Assembly (NCBI GenBank): GCA_965644295.1
Contig: CBFFRP010000426.1
Location: 425,451-489,450, forward strand
DNA length: 64,000 bases
From: Paraphysomonas bandaiensis
Taxonomy: Eukaryota; Protista; Chrysophyceae
Direction: 5' to 3'
In this document: positions 9,905 to 20,612 of the stretch, piece by piece
How positions within the stretch are numbered: position 1 is the first letter of the stretch
Layout of the letters: every line of letters begins with the position of its first letter
Made by a program: the position numbers and the translations under genes
Notes under the pieces: generated by a model
What the model was told of the DNA's origin: nothing
Databases searched by the model: none
What the model saw: the letters and a program-made list of their open reading frames with translations, nothing else

Positions 9905-12345
9905 ATGGGGTGTGGTCAATCTAAGCATGATATTGCTAATGGCAATTCTCATGATGTTGAAGATATCACTGATAAGCATGCAAGTCGGTCTGATATCACC
10001 CCATATGTAGATACCACTCATAATAGATGTGATGACAGTCATTACAGTGATAACCGTGATAACAATGATAACAATCAGTATGATAATGAGAATAAGAAAG
10101 AAGATACTTTGTTGATATCTTCTTTACATGAAATATCTACACATATTCCACTAGAGGAGAAGATCATTGATTGCAACACCGCTGCTGGTGCTGTCCAGCG
10201 GATATGGTGGGGTTATAGAGCTAGAATCACATATTGTCGCATGAGGTTAGAGAAAGAAAAAGTACTGTGTATTCAGCATGCTTGGAGAAGAGTGGTAGCA
10301 AGGGAGCGGGCTAGATGTTTAAGAAAGTTGAAACTAGACGAGTATACAGAGGCAACAATAAAGATACAAAACACGTATCGTAAGTGGCGAGCTATGAAAA
10401 AATTGTATTTATTGAGAGAGAGAAAAAGAAGTATACAGAGAAGGATATGTGCCACTAGAATTCAGGTACATTGTGTTTTGATATTGCCGCCTCTGAGTTA
10501 CAACAAGCTTGTCTATCGTAGACTCAATGGAGATGCCACATATCTCGGAGAGTGTATCATAATCTGAAACATAATCTGATGGAGAAGAAAGCCCAAGAAG
10601 TTCAGCGAGTTTGGCGGGGTATACGGGGACGAACTGTTGTCAGAAACTTGCGGAGGCAGTGTCTGGAGGAGGCAAGCAGTATCATTGTCCAGTTGGCATG
10701 GAGACGACGGCGTGCGGTAATGACTATGGCTGCCCATAGAGCAGAAAGAGACTTGAGGGCTAAGGCCGCGATATTCATACAGAGTATATGTAGAGCTTCT
10801 TTAGCGGCGAATAGAGTGCGACGGATGAGGGAGGAAAGACGAAAAAGGCATGAGTTTATATGTGCGACAAAATTACAGGTGATGCGTAATTGATGTGTAT
10901 TGTTTTACTTCCTATAAGTGGTTGTGTTTTGTGGATACTTATATACGCGTAGACTATTTGGAGATGCCACAAGGCTATGCGAGAGGTCTGTGCACGTCGA
11001 CTTAGAAAAATACAGTTCCTTTTGGAAACAAGGATGGCTATCGTAATACAGTGCAGATGTCGAGTGTGGTTAGCTCAACATGAAGTGCATCGTATAATTG
11101 AAGCGGATAAAGTATATCGCGAGAACTGTAGTGTAACCAAAATTCAGGTCTGTTCCAAATTGCATCCTATATACTCGTCGTGGACTCAGCTATTTCTGTG
11201 CAGAGTATGTGGAGAATGTGTCTTGCGAGGAATCTACGGGAGGATTTGGAATTTGACCGTATGATTCGTGAGGCGATGATAAAGGAAGAGACGCTGAAGG
11301 AGCTTGAGTGCAATATGGCAATTAGAATCCAATCAATGTGCCGAGCGAGAATGGCTAGGAAAGAACTTGTGAGGAAAAAGTTTGCTATTGCCGCTCCTGC
11401 TATTATACTGCGAATTATGCGTCGGGCCCCCGTTGTTATGCGTCACTACCATCCCCACTCCCTTCTTCTGTCGCTGCTCTGTGCTGGTAATATCAACGCT
11501 GCATCAGGTAGCGTTTCTAATGCCTATGTGGTGGTATCTGCTTTCGGAGAGAGTGCCCGGTCAGCTCGGGCCCTCAACCCACACATGAAGTTAGGTAAGT
11601 AACTCTTTCACCGCTCCAATGTGTTAACTTTGTTGTAGTGAGATCCGCTACGAAAGGGCCACATGATAGAATGAATATGATGCTATGCTACTATAAGTCC
11701 AAAGTGATGTTGGGTACGGTGAACCCCGAGTGGAGAGAGGACGCCCTTGTCTCATCGGCTACATGGAACTCGAAGCTTGTTGTCACAGTTTTACACCGCA
11801 GTTCCTTCGGAAAAGATGTTTTCCTTGGCCAAACAGTTTTAGATTTACTAAGATACCCAAACCTATATACAGGAGAGGTGGTCGAGCTTCCATCTGTGCA
11901 ACTGCAATCTTTTAAGTACCCCGTTCTGGATCCTGTTTCAAAGAACGAAGTCCCTTTACGTTCTAATCCTCCTCCTGGAAAGGGTACGATTTCGATGTCT
12001 CTGAGATTACCATTGTTAGCGCGAAGTATGTGCGGCTGGGTTTATAGAGCCTCTACATTTCACCTTACTAAAGGCCAATTCAAGAGACGCTGGATGGTTC
12101 TCATAGACTTCAAATTATCATTTTATCAAGATCCCTTTTCTCTCGAGAATCTGAAGGGAACATTAAATTGTGCCGATGTGACAGCGGTAGAGGACGAAAA
12201 CGCAGATGATGGATCACCTACTTTAGTGATGTACTATGGCGCAGGAGATGACTTTTGGACGCTGAAGTGGGATCATACTGAACCGCCGTACATAAGAAGA
12301 ATGTGGCGTGAAAAGATTTTGAAGTCCTGCAGTCATTTAAGATGA
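9905..12345 (+). CDS. N-acylated multi-IQ-motif protein with C2 and PH domains (multi-exon)
   Basis: MGCGQSK N-terminus. About ten IQ-like motifs (VQRIWWGYRAR, IQHAWRR, IQNTYRKWRA, VQRVWRGIRGR, IQSMCRARMAR). C2 region (SNAYVVV..KSKV..GTVNPEW..DVFLGQ) and PH region (CGWVYR..FKRRWMVL..LSFYQD..W). Confidence 0.8.
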
Positions 12346-12539
12346 AGTGTATTTGTTATAGTTCTTGGTGTGGTCGAAAATCTAATATCTAATCTAGTAA
12401 CACTCACAAGTGTGTGACTTGTAGAAGTAGCTCATGTAATTTGTTTGTGGAGATGTGTTCTTGTTGTCGTTTGTTTGTAGCTGAATTATTAGATCTATAA
12501 ATTATTAGCTGAATTGAAATTGATAATTGTGGGTGGTGC

Positions 12540-12690
12540 ATGTCTTAATATTAGCAACAAGCGTGTAAGAGTCAGGAGTAATGTGGCATTACAGTTTAAC
12601 TAACCAGTGCTTAACTCTGATACCCTACTCTTTAACGCTACGAAAGCTGCTTGTGCGTCACCGCAAGAACCAAGGTGCACCACTTTCGCT
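12540..12690 (+). repeat. Structured dispersed repeat, family C copy
   Basis: ttagcaacaagcg...cctactctttaacgctacgaaagctgcttgtgcgtcaccgcaagaaccaaggtgcaccact matches 62285-62462. Confidence 0.75.
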
Positions 12691-13018
12691 CTATCGCTCA
12701 AAGCAAACGCAGTGAGGAAGCGAAATTTTGATATGTCTGACATTTGCTGACTTCAGAGTTTTGAGTCCTTAAGTATGTGTGGTGCTGTCCACAAACGTGT
12801 AGGCTTTCAGTGTCAAGCGGTGCGGTTAATCAGGGGGGCACCTTTAGAGGTAGGGGCGCGCCCACGACGTTTGAGGGAGAGTCAGAACTATGTAGATGGG
12901 AGGATTGAACAAATAATTGATAGACTGATTGGTACTATACAAGAACTGACCAGAGCCGTTCGACTGCTGAAAAAAAGAGTATAGGTCAGTGAAGTTGTGT
13001 ACCACTGCCTGTGTCTTA

Positions 13019-13117
13019 AATTTTATACGACTAGAAAGGTTCCAGAAATAAAAGGAATTCCACAACAGTCCTCTTGTGTTCTATGGTACACCCAAGTATG
13101 CTGCCCCGGAGCAACTA
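13019..13117 (+). pseudogene. Protein kinase fragment
   Basis: FYGTPKYAAPEQL (kinase subdomain VIII) at 13079-13117, preceded in frame by NFIRLERFQK and a stop. Confidence 0.5.
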
Positions 13118-13271
13118 GCTCGTATGGCTGCAGCTGTTCCTCCTTATGACTCTGCTCCTGTACCAACTTCTACCTGTCTTCGTAGGCATTTTTATAGTCA
13201 CCCAACATGCATGTCTACAATAATATGTCATATTCCCTAGTGTTCACAAGCCTCCCAAATCATTGCCATAT

Positions 13272-13416
13272 ATTGAATGTCTTTTTATTTAGCAATAGGC
13301 GTTAAAAACTCGTTCCGATATAGCTGCTAGTTGAATACTAGTCTACTAGTTAGACCTCTACCCATAACTAATCAGCACAAATTCTATTTCCTACTATTTA
13401 ACGCTACAGAAGCTGC
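13272..13416 (+). repeat. Structured dispersed repeat, family C copy (3'-truncated)
   Basis: ttgaatgtc..tttagcaataggcgtt...ctagttagac..taactaatca..tcctactatttaacgctacagaagc aligns with 62285-62423. Confidence 0.8.
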
Positions 13417-13560
13417 AATCATTGCCATATATATGGCTTTTTTCGCTCAAGCCGTAACTGTCATGTTCTTCTCCCTCTAACCTCATAATCTTACTGTCCT
13501 CCATCGCGCCCTCATGATCCGAACTACAATTCGCTGCGATGTAAAAACTGGACTTTGTAC

Positions 13561-13890
13561 TGAAGTTAACCTTGCTCTATATGGAATGTAAATCTTAAAC
13601 TTGCTTTGCTGCACGCAACTTACATTGAAGAAAGTATTATAGTTATTAATCTAATCCTGTAACATACGTGATGGTGAGTACCAGTTTATCGTATATTTTC
13701 TCACCAATAAATCGTGTATCCATGAATCTCTTGAAAATAGCATAAAGACAAGCATCAGTAACTAAATTTACTTCCTTGCTTTGTAACTATATTTACCCTT
13801 TACAACTTACAACTATGCGTTAATTTCACTTCTTGCACACTATTAATTCGCCTCAATTGCAATATATATCATATCCTACAGCAGAACTCA
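13561..13890 (+). repeat. Dispersed non-coding repeat, family A copy 2
   Basis: Diverged collinear match to 1800-2155. Confidence 0.7.
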
Positions 13891-14144
13891 GCACTCACCG
13901 TATGGAATTGAACTACTAATTTCCCTATAATATATTGTGTTTTGTATTTTTTATCATCATGGAAAGTACTCTATTTGCATTTTCTTACAAAATTTATTAG
14001 GAATATTTCATTGTATGCACATGTATATGCCAACAGTCGTTAATTTCTAGACATATAGTATGAATGAGATTTGCCTAAAATCCCGAATTACAAATCATAA
14101 ATTAAACAAGACTGTACTGATATGCATTCTTTTATATACGCCAC

Positions 14145-16901
14145 TTAATTTTTCTTGATACATTTAATCACGCATTTATGTCCACAGCCAGAAGGGCAAA
14201 ATACATTGTTTTCGAACCACGCAGTCGTGCAACTTATGTGACCCCCGTGACCACATACGGGACACCAGTGAAACATTCCCCTTACTGGTTGCTGACACAA
14301 AACGCAAAGCCCTGTACAGCGCTTGCACTTTTGGCACCAAGATGACGATGAGTGAGATGCGACATTTTCAGGGTTCAGCTCCTTGCCACAAATAGCACAT
14401 GCACTCCTAATGATAACTCCCTGTTGACTTAGACGACTTATATGCGCATCTTTAGACTTAACAATTATAGCATTCGCACAAGAAAATAGCTCAAGTCTGT
14501 TCAGCATTTCCAAATACGCTACATACCCTTCTCTAACTCGCAGTTCACCTATATTGGCTGTGATGCGCTTTAAAAGGTCACCGCCATCGATCTCACGGAA
14601 AATTTCACAGCAAGTAACGAAATGTTGACAGTCTCCACAGTCCACCAGCTCAACTAATAGGTCTCTCATAGTCTCTTCTGCAAAGAGAAGCTGCCACAGC
14701 GAGCCAGAGGGTGAGAGGTAGTCAGTATCATCTTGTCTGCCATTTCGACCTAGAGAGTCCATTCCACTGCCCTGCCGACGAGGAGAAGCATCAGACCCCT
14801 TCTGCTCAACGAGATCTGATGAGTTCTGCCTGGTTGGACACTCCAATCTCTTAGCACGAGATACCACTGCTACCACTGAAGGGACAAGAGTCATCATAGC
14901 CGCCCACAATGCCGCGTGTCCAGCCAGACCCATTTTCCCGGCAACTGCACTGTTCCACTTACACGCATCTACAGCACATCGCACACGCCCATCTAATCCA
15001 TCCTCCACATCAAAATCGTGTGGTTGACCATACAAATCATCTGAACTCAGCTGCTTCGCGGGTGAGACCGCGCCATCTAAGTAGTCGTCAGAAATTCGTA
15101 CACTAGCAGGTTTGACCCTAGAGATGTGAGGTGCTGCTTCCGGCATTTGTCCCGGGCATATCAGAGTCTTATTGCTGTGTATGTATCCCTGGGCAAGTGC
15201 TTTAATGACAGTGGGGTCAAAGGCTCCACCCTCAGCGCCACACCCCATCAGAGCGTCTGGAGACTTAATGTAACTATCAAGGTATGCCATTCCGACTGTG
15301 ATAACGCCTGTCTGAAATTGTTTCTCAGTGATGTTGGCAATACTTGAGGCGGCGCTTTCAGATGCAGCGGGTCCTATCTTCATATGTCCAGGCATTTCCA
15401 CAATGCTGTCTATCTCCGCCGAGTGAGTTAGAGACGGGGGATCTTTACTTACAGACACAGAAGACCGAGTAGACTCCGGATAATCCACTGATGGAAGCGG
15501 AATGCCAAAAAGCGATGGGTCGTCCGCGAACCATCCAGGTGCCGATGCTGTTTGAGAATTTGCTACGAGACCAAGAGGGTCGCCCTGACAAGTATAAATA
15601 AGCCTGCAAAATATAAAAAAAAGTGAGGTACGTACCCGGTGCAATTGTCCACGTTGGTAGGCACAATGACCAAGAGCAGATACTGCCACCACGTGTTTAC
15701 TCATATGCTGACCAGGAAAGTGGGCATTGCGCACGTCTTGTACTAGAAGTTTGCCATCCTTACCAACAGAGAGAATGTGCTGATACAACCCCGACAGGGA
15801 TGCATTTCCGGTGGGACCATCTTCCTGCTGACTGTCTTGAGAATTTCGGCGCCTTGTCCCACCTATAGAGGTTGCAGTGCTTCCAGTCCGACGCCGATTC
15901 TCCGGTATAAGCGAACGGGGTCCCACGGGTAACGGAGTATCAAGCCATGCCAGACCCATACACCCATCGGAATGTCCTCGAAGCAGACAAGCCGGCATAT
16001 TAGGCATCCCAATATCCCACACACTAATATCCCCACGCTCCGCGGTAGAAATGGCTGCGAGCTGGGTATGGCGATGCCTACCTGAAGTTGTTGAAACAGA
16101 CGGGCGCCATGCAATGCGGCCCACTGTGGAGGCCGTGTGCAATACATGTATAGGCCGAGATACCGCTTGGATGCAACCTGTCCCGGTCCCTGCTCCCTCG
16201 GCGCCCTCCTCCACACCCGTCAAGTCCCATACCTTTATAGTCTTGTCTCGACTCCCAGTGGCAACCAGCCATTCCACAGAAGGGTTCCATGCAACAGCGA
16301 GGCCACTCTCTGAGTGAGCAGCGATGCGACACAAATAGTGATTGGGGAAGCGTCGATCCCAAACAGCTAAGTTGCCGTTTTCGTATATAGAAGCCAATAT
16401 ATGAGGGTGATGTGGGCTGAATTTAGCATCACGACAGGCATCGGCATGAGCATTAAATATTTTCATACAACAGTTCGCCTGTCTTGCTGTGTCCCACAAC
16501 ATCACATTTCCATCTTGGTGTGCGCTGACAAGGGAATACTTATCAGTATGATGCCAACTCACTCGACTTACAGCTCTCGCAGCCTGTCCTGAATCCCATT
16601 CATTATTACCAGATTGTCTGAACTTTCCACTCGTATTAAATACAACTATAGCGCCATTAGTAGCTGTGGCAGCTATCTTCTCGATATCATATTGATTCCA
16701 TGCGACATCTGTCATCTTAAACGTTGCAGTACCCGACTCTGATGCAATCTGATATGATTGAGATGCTGTAATAGCAGTAGGAGATAGTTTACATGTCTGT
16801 ATATGTGTACGACATGCATATGCTGCGTATTGTTGATTATTTGATAGACTTACAGCCTGTAAAGGCTCTCCGACATCCAGCATGGATCTGATGTGATGCA
16901 T
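14145..16901 (-). CDS. WDR24: GATOR2/SEA complex subunit WDR24 (Sea2/Rtc1)
   Basis: N-terminal WD40 repeats (AHSESGLAVAWNP..ATGSRDKTIKVWD). C-terminal Zn finger/RING CAIC..CQKC..CVLCQQPVRG..WCPVCGHGGH..C..WF..CPSGCGHKC. One in-frame intron at 15585-15635. Confidence 0.88.
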   Translation of the reverse strand: MHHIRSMLDVGEPLQAVSLSNNQQYAAYACRTHIQTCKLSPTAITASQSYQIASESGTATFKMTDVAWNQYDIEKIAATATNGAIVVFNTSGKFRQSGNNEWDSGQAARAVSRVSWHHTDKYSLVSAHQDGNVMLWDTARQANCCMKIFNAHADACRDAKFSPHHPHILASIYENGNLAVWDRRFPNHYLCRIAAHSESGLAVAWNPSVEWLVATGSRDKTIKVWDLTGVEEGAEGAGTGTGCIQAVSRPIHVLHTASTVGRIAWRPSVSTTSGRHRHTQLAAISTAERGDISVWDIGMPNMPACLLRGHSDGCMGLAWLDTPLPVGPRSLIPENRRRTGSTATSIGGTRRRNSQDSQQEDGPTGNASLSGLYQHILSVGKDGKLLVQDVRNAHFPGQHMSKHVVAVSALGHCAYQRGQLHRVRTSLFFIFCRLIYTCQGDPLGLVANSQTASAPGWFADDPSLFGIPLPSVDYPESTRSSVSVSKDPPSLTHSAEIDSIVEMPGHMKIGPAASESAASSIANITEKQFQTGVITVGMAYLDSYIKSPDALMGCGAEGGAFDPTVIKALAQGYIHSNKTLICPGQMPEAAPHISRVKPASVRISDDYLDGAVSPAKQLSSDDLYGQPHDFDVEDGLDGRVRCAVDACKWNSAVAGKMGLAGHAALWAAMMTLVPSVVAVVSRAKRLECPTRQNSSDLVEQKGSDASPRRQGSGMDSLGRNGRQDDTDYLSPSGSLWQLLFAEETMRDLLVELVDCGDCQHFVTCCEIFREIDGGDLLKRITANIGELRVREGYVAYLEMLNRLELFSCANAIIVKSKDAHISRLSQQGVIIRSACAICGKELNPENVASHSSSSWCQKCKRCTGLCVLCQQPVRGMFHWCPVCGHGGHISCTTAWFENNVFCPSGCGHKCVIKCIKKN

Positions 16902-18388
16902 GACTGATTGTAATGAGAATTAAATGAGATAGTGTTATGTAATAATGAGATGACGAGGCATGATGAGATGCTATAATGTGATGTGTTCTATAAGTATATA
17001 TACATGGCTGTACCTGAGATCTCATACACATATATATGCATATATGCATATATATACAGCAGTATGCCATATATCTGATACGTGCATCACAGTATGTGTA
17101 TCAGCATCCTTTGTATATTTTTGTTCCAAGATGCCTCTAATATTGAGACAGTAATTATCTGTATTACAGCCGTAGTTGTATTGCAGAAATATAGCAACTT
17201 TTTGCTTCAATTTATTTCCGAAAAATAAGATGGTGTACAGCAGCGGTATCTATTACCATACCATACGGCTGTCTATGTTTGGTATAGCCTACTGTGGTGT
17301 ATTTTGCATATGAAAAAATGGGGTACATTTCCGTACTTCAGTACTTCTGTACTGCTGTAATTCTCTACCTACTACTCACTACATAAAATTTGTACTTGTA
17401 TAGAATATTTTGTACTGCTGTACAAATGTCAGTCACAGGCAGTTATGATGTCCACATAGTGTGTTAAGATACACATGTAAGCTAGAGATATCTTAAGATA
17501 TATCACTGAATAGTCACACACCACATAAGAAATGACTACTTTTGAAGCATCCATTATGGTATCTATCAATTAATATCCCACCAAACTCGTCATCAACACT
17601 CATTTTGTACTACATCGCATAGATCCTAGTAACTAAACCTAGATTAAAAAATAGTAACTATTATGTACTAGTTATTACAATATATTACCCTATTGTAAGA
17701 GTTTTGAGGATACCAAGTGCATGTGTTGTTTATAAATAGACATTTGTTACGACGAAGTTCTCCTGTGGCAACTACTAGGGCATTGACTTATGGAGTTTAA
17801 TTACTTATAATAAAACTTCACACAATTAATACAAGTCTGGCAGTTTGAATTCATTCTATTTTCAATTAATTGCTGCGGGTTCAAGCTACCACATCCGTGA
17901 AGCCAACTATACACCATAGAGGAATGGTTGCCAGATAGATGAATAATTAGACACTTTCCTTCTGCAAACTTCAACATTGTATCTTACAGTATTTTGTAAC
18001 AGTATGGCTGTATAACATTGCACAATGCATTCACAAACTTATAGATGAGTTGCACCTAATTTCTTCATTACTTTATAAAGAGGAAGCCTGTCATGCATTA
18101 GTTCTCTAGAATGGAAATTTAACGTTCTATTCTGCATACTTTCGTATATAAAATTAAGGAAAAGAGTTTATCGAGATAATTCATGCACTGAGCACGAAAT
18201 GAACTGCACCAACCAATTTCATGTATCGATAATTTAGTGAGTAAATCATCTCTCATTTCTGTGGAGGAAACACTCAATCACGTGTAACTCGTATATCAAA
18301 ATATCACATATCAGCTCAAACATTAAAAAACTAATAGGCAACACGCAACAACTAATATGACAAAAATATATTCAACATAGAATATAAA

Positions 18389-19861
18389 TTAACCCCTAAA
18401 TTGCACCTTCCAATCCTTTTCACGGAGACTATAGTCAGTGAAATTTCGAAGATGAAGTACAGAGGGAACAGAACACGCTATAAGAGGTAGAACCGCACTG
18501 CATAGATAAGGTAGGGCTCCCTGTGGCAATAGACGATTCGTCACCTTGCTTCTCTCGTATAGTATTCCTGCCAATATGGGACTAATTATTCGTGCACACG
18601 ACTGGGATGCTTGGCTATACGCAAGATGCGTCGAGAGTGACCGTTGTGAAGAGTACTTTGCTAGCAGAGCAACCAATGCTGTATCTGCAATGGAATAGCC
18701 CAATACATACATGATTGCGGAGAAAAAATGTGGTGCTTCGACTCTTAAGAGAGCAACTCCAAGCATACCAGCCACCATAAGAAGGTTTCCTATTGCTAGT
18801 GTACTCAGTTTCCCAACATTGTGAATAAGAGGGTTAATAAAGAAGGATTGAAATGCCGCGATCACCATGCCGCTGACTGCAAACACCATACTCACCGCTC
18901 CCTCTCCGTGTCCGAAAGCGTCCTGGACCAGCATACCGTATATATTCTCCGTAGAAAGAGCATACATAACAGCAAAGCTATTTAGCACCAGCAGCTGGAC
19001 AGCTAAGGGCACAGATTCATTTCCCAGGTGAGAGCTATCCTTGTCACTACTATTAACACTTTCAGCATTAACAGACTGCTGCACATGTGCATCCTTAAAG
19101 AATAACCACATCACTGACAGACCTAGAAGTGGGAGCGTTGCACTAATTCTAATCCTAGTCCTGATTCCAATATTCGGAAGTAGGGATAATACAGCAGGCC
19201 CTGCAATGAACCCTACGCCACGGAGTGCTTGAAGACGACCTATAGATTTTGGCTTCTCTGTGTCGCTTGTAACGTCTGCAATAGCAGCCTGTGAGAGAGG
19301 TATAATACAGCCAAAACAACCAGCTAGGAGGCGTGATGATGCAACCGCAGTGAGTGTTGATGCCGATGCGAGAATGATGTAGGCTAAAACTGAGACAACT
19401 AGACAAACAGAAACTGCCAATTTCCGCCCGTAGATGTCGGAAAACCGGTCCATCAACACGCTTCCTACCACCTGTGCTAAAAAAGAAGAACTTACAATGA
19501 CACTCATTTCGAGTGTTGATGCACCGCGTTCGACAATGTAGGTAGGCAACAATGGAAGCGTAATACCAATAGCAATGGAATCTAACAAAAATGCAGTATA
19601 TAGAGGAAAGAGGTGTTTAGCAGCATGGAAGGGAACATGCTCCTGACTTTTAGAGGACTCTGTGCCGATATCAGGTGAACCAATGAGCCCATAATTGCGA
19701 CTTGCAGGGACAGCTTTCGACATATACAAGTAGCCGCTTCTTCCATTTAAATGCCTAGAAGGATTCTTCAAACGCATAAACTGCGGTAGTGTGGTTGCAC
19801 GATGAGCTTCAAGTGCTTGCAGTGCCAGAGCTGCAGTAAGAAGCAGTCTAAAGAGCACCAT
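18389..19861 (-). CDS. MFS transporter (TetA/DHA1-like) with an N-terminal signal plus transit-like presequence
   Basis: Motif A DRFSDIYGRK, A.IAD, GFIAGP and about 12 hydrophobic segments. First ATG at 19861 (MVLFRLLLTAALALQALEA). Confidence 0.88.
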   Translation of the reverse strand: MVLFRLLLTAALALQALEAHRATTLPQFMRLKNPSRHLNGRSGYLYMSKAVPASRNYGLIGSPDIGTESSKSQEHVPFHAAKHLFPLYTAFLLDSIAIGITLPLLPTYIVERGASTLEMSVIVSSSFLAQVVGSVLMDRFSDIYGRKLAVSVCLVVSVLAYIILASASTLTAVASSRLLAGCFGCIIPLSQAAIADVTSDTEKPKSIGRLQALRGVGFIAGPAVLSLLPNIGIRTRIRISATLPLLGLSVMWLFFKDAHVQQSVNAESVNSSDKDSSHLGNESVPLAVQLLVLNSFAVMYALSTENIYGMLVQDAFGHGEGAVSMVFAVSGMVIAAFQSFFINPLIHNVGKLSTLAIGNLLMVAGMLGVALLRVEAPHFFSAIMYVLGYSIADTALVALLAKYSSQRSLSTHLAYSQASQSCARIISPILAGILYERSKVTNRLLPQGALPYLCSAVLPLIACSVPSVLHLRNFTDYSLREKDWKVQFRG

Positions 19862-20043
19862 GCAAGTTATGCTTGTAGCAGAGGTAAAGGGATATACTTC
19901 AACATGTAGGGAAGATGAAAGGTTGCATAGCTGATTCGTGAGAGTGAAGAATCTGTGGTGCAATACAAATACATTGCTGAGCACTCGTCTCAATACTCAA
20001 CAGATCTAGTATGTATCCCTCCATAGGCATCTATATACAGTGG

Positions 20044-20248
20044 TATACCATGGAGACGTTTTTTGACAAAGTGGACCAGCCCTCCACTTGTCGGACTGTA
20101 TTTGGTCCCACTCGAAATAAAAAAATTGTGGTCATTTTGACCACAATTTCAAAGCTCTACACTCATATTCCATACGAAAAAACACAATACAAAAAAATAA
20201 AGTGGGACCAGACTGGTCCGCTTTGTCGAAAAAAGTCTCCAGGGTATA
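20044..20248. mobile_element. MITE with ~32-bp TIRs and TA/TATA flanks
   Basis: Left end tata-ccatggagacgttttttgacaaagtggaccag versus the reverse complement of the right end, tata-ccctggagacttttttcgacaaagcggaccag. Confidence 0.8.
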
Positions 20249-20612
20249 CACTGTGTACACATGTAGTGTACAAAGCAATGTACGCTGTATAATGTATAAT
20301 ACATATGTATAAGTGTAGAGTGGGAGGTACGGTATTCCATGGTATTCATCTGTATACTATATACAGGACTAGAGGGATGTGCATGCATAGAGCTGTACCT
20401 CAAGCACCATATATATCCCCCTCTATGGATTGTACAGTAGAGTATACTTGGTATACTCCTATATAAATAGATGCTTCTATTGTCAATCTATAGTGCTCAT
20501 TACATACCATTAGAACGCATTACAATTCACCTGGGACGGTCCAGGAATCAACTCTTATATAACAACCAAATGATTCCATTGTTGCTATCAATGACTCTAT
20601 AGATTATTCGCA

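Noticed and set aside
17235-17424. Tc1/mariner MITE with TACAGCAG ends
   Set aside because: The inverted match is only about 8-10 bp and is better explained by opposed copies of the recurrent upstream motif.
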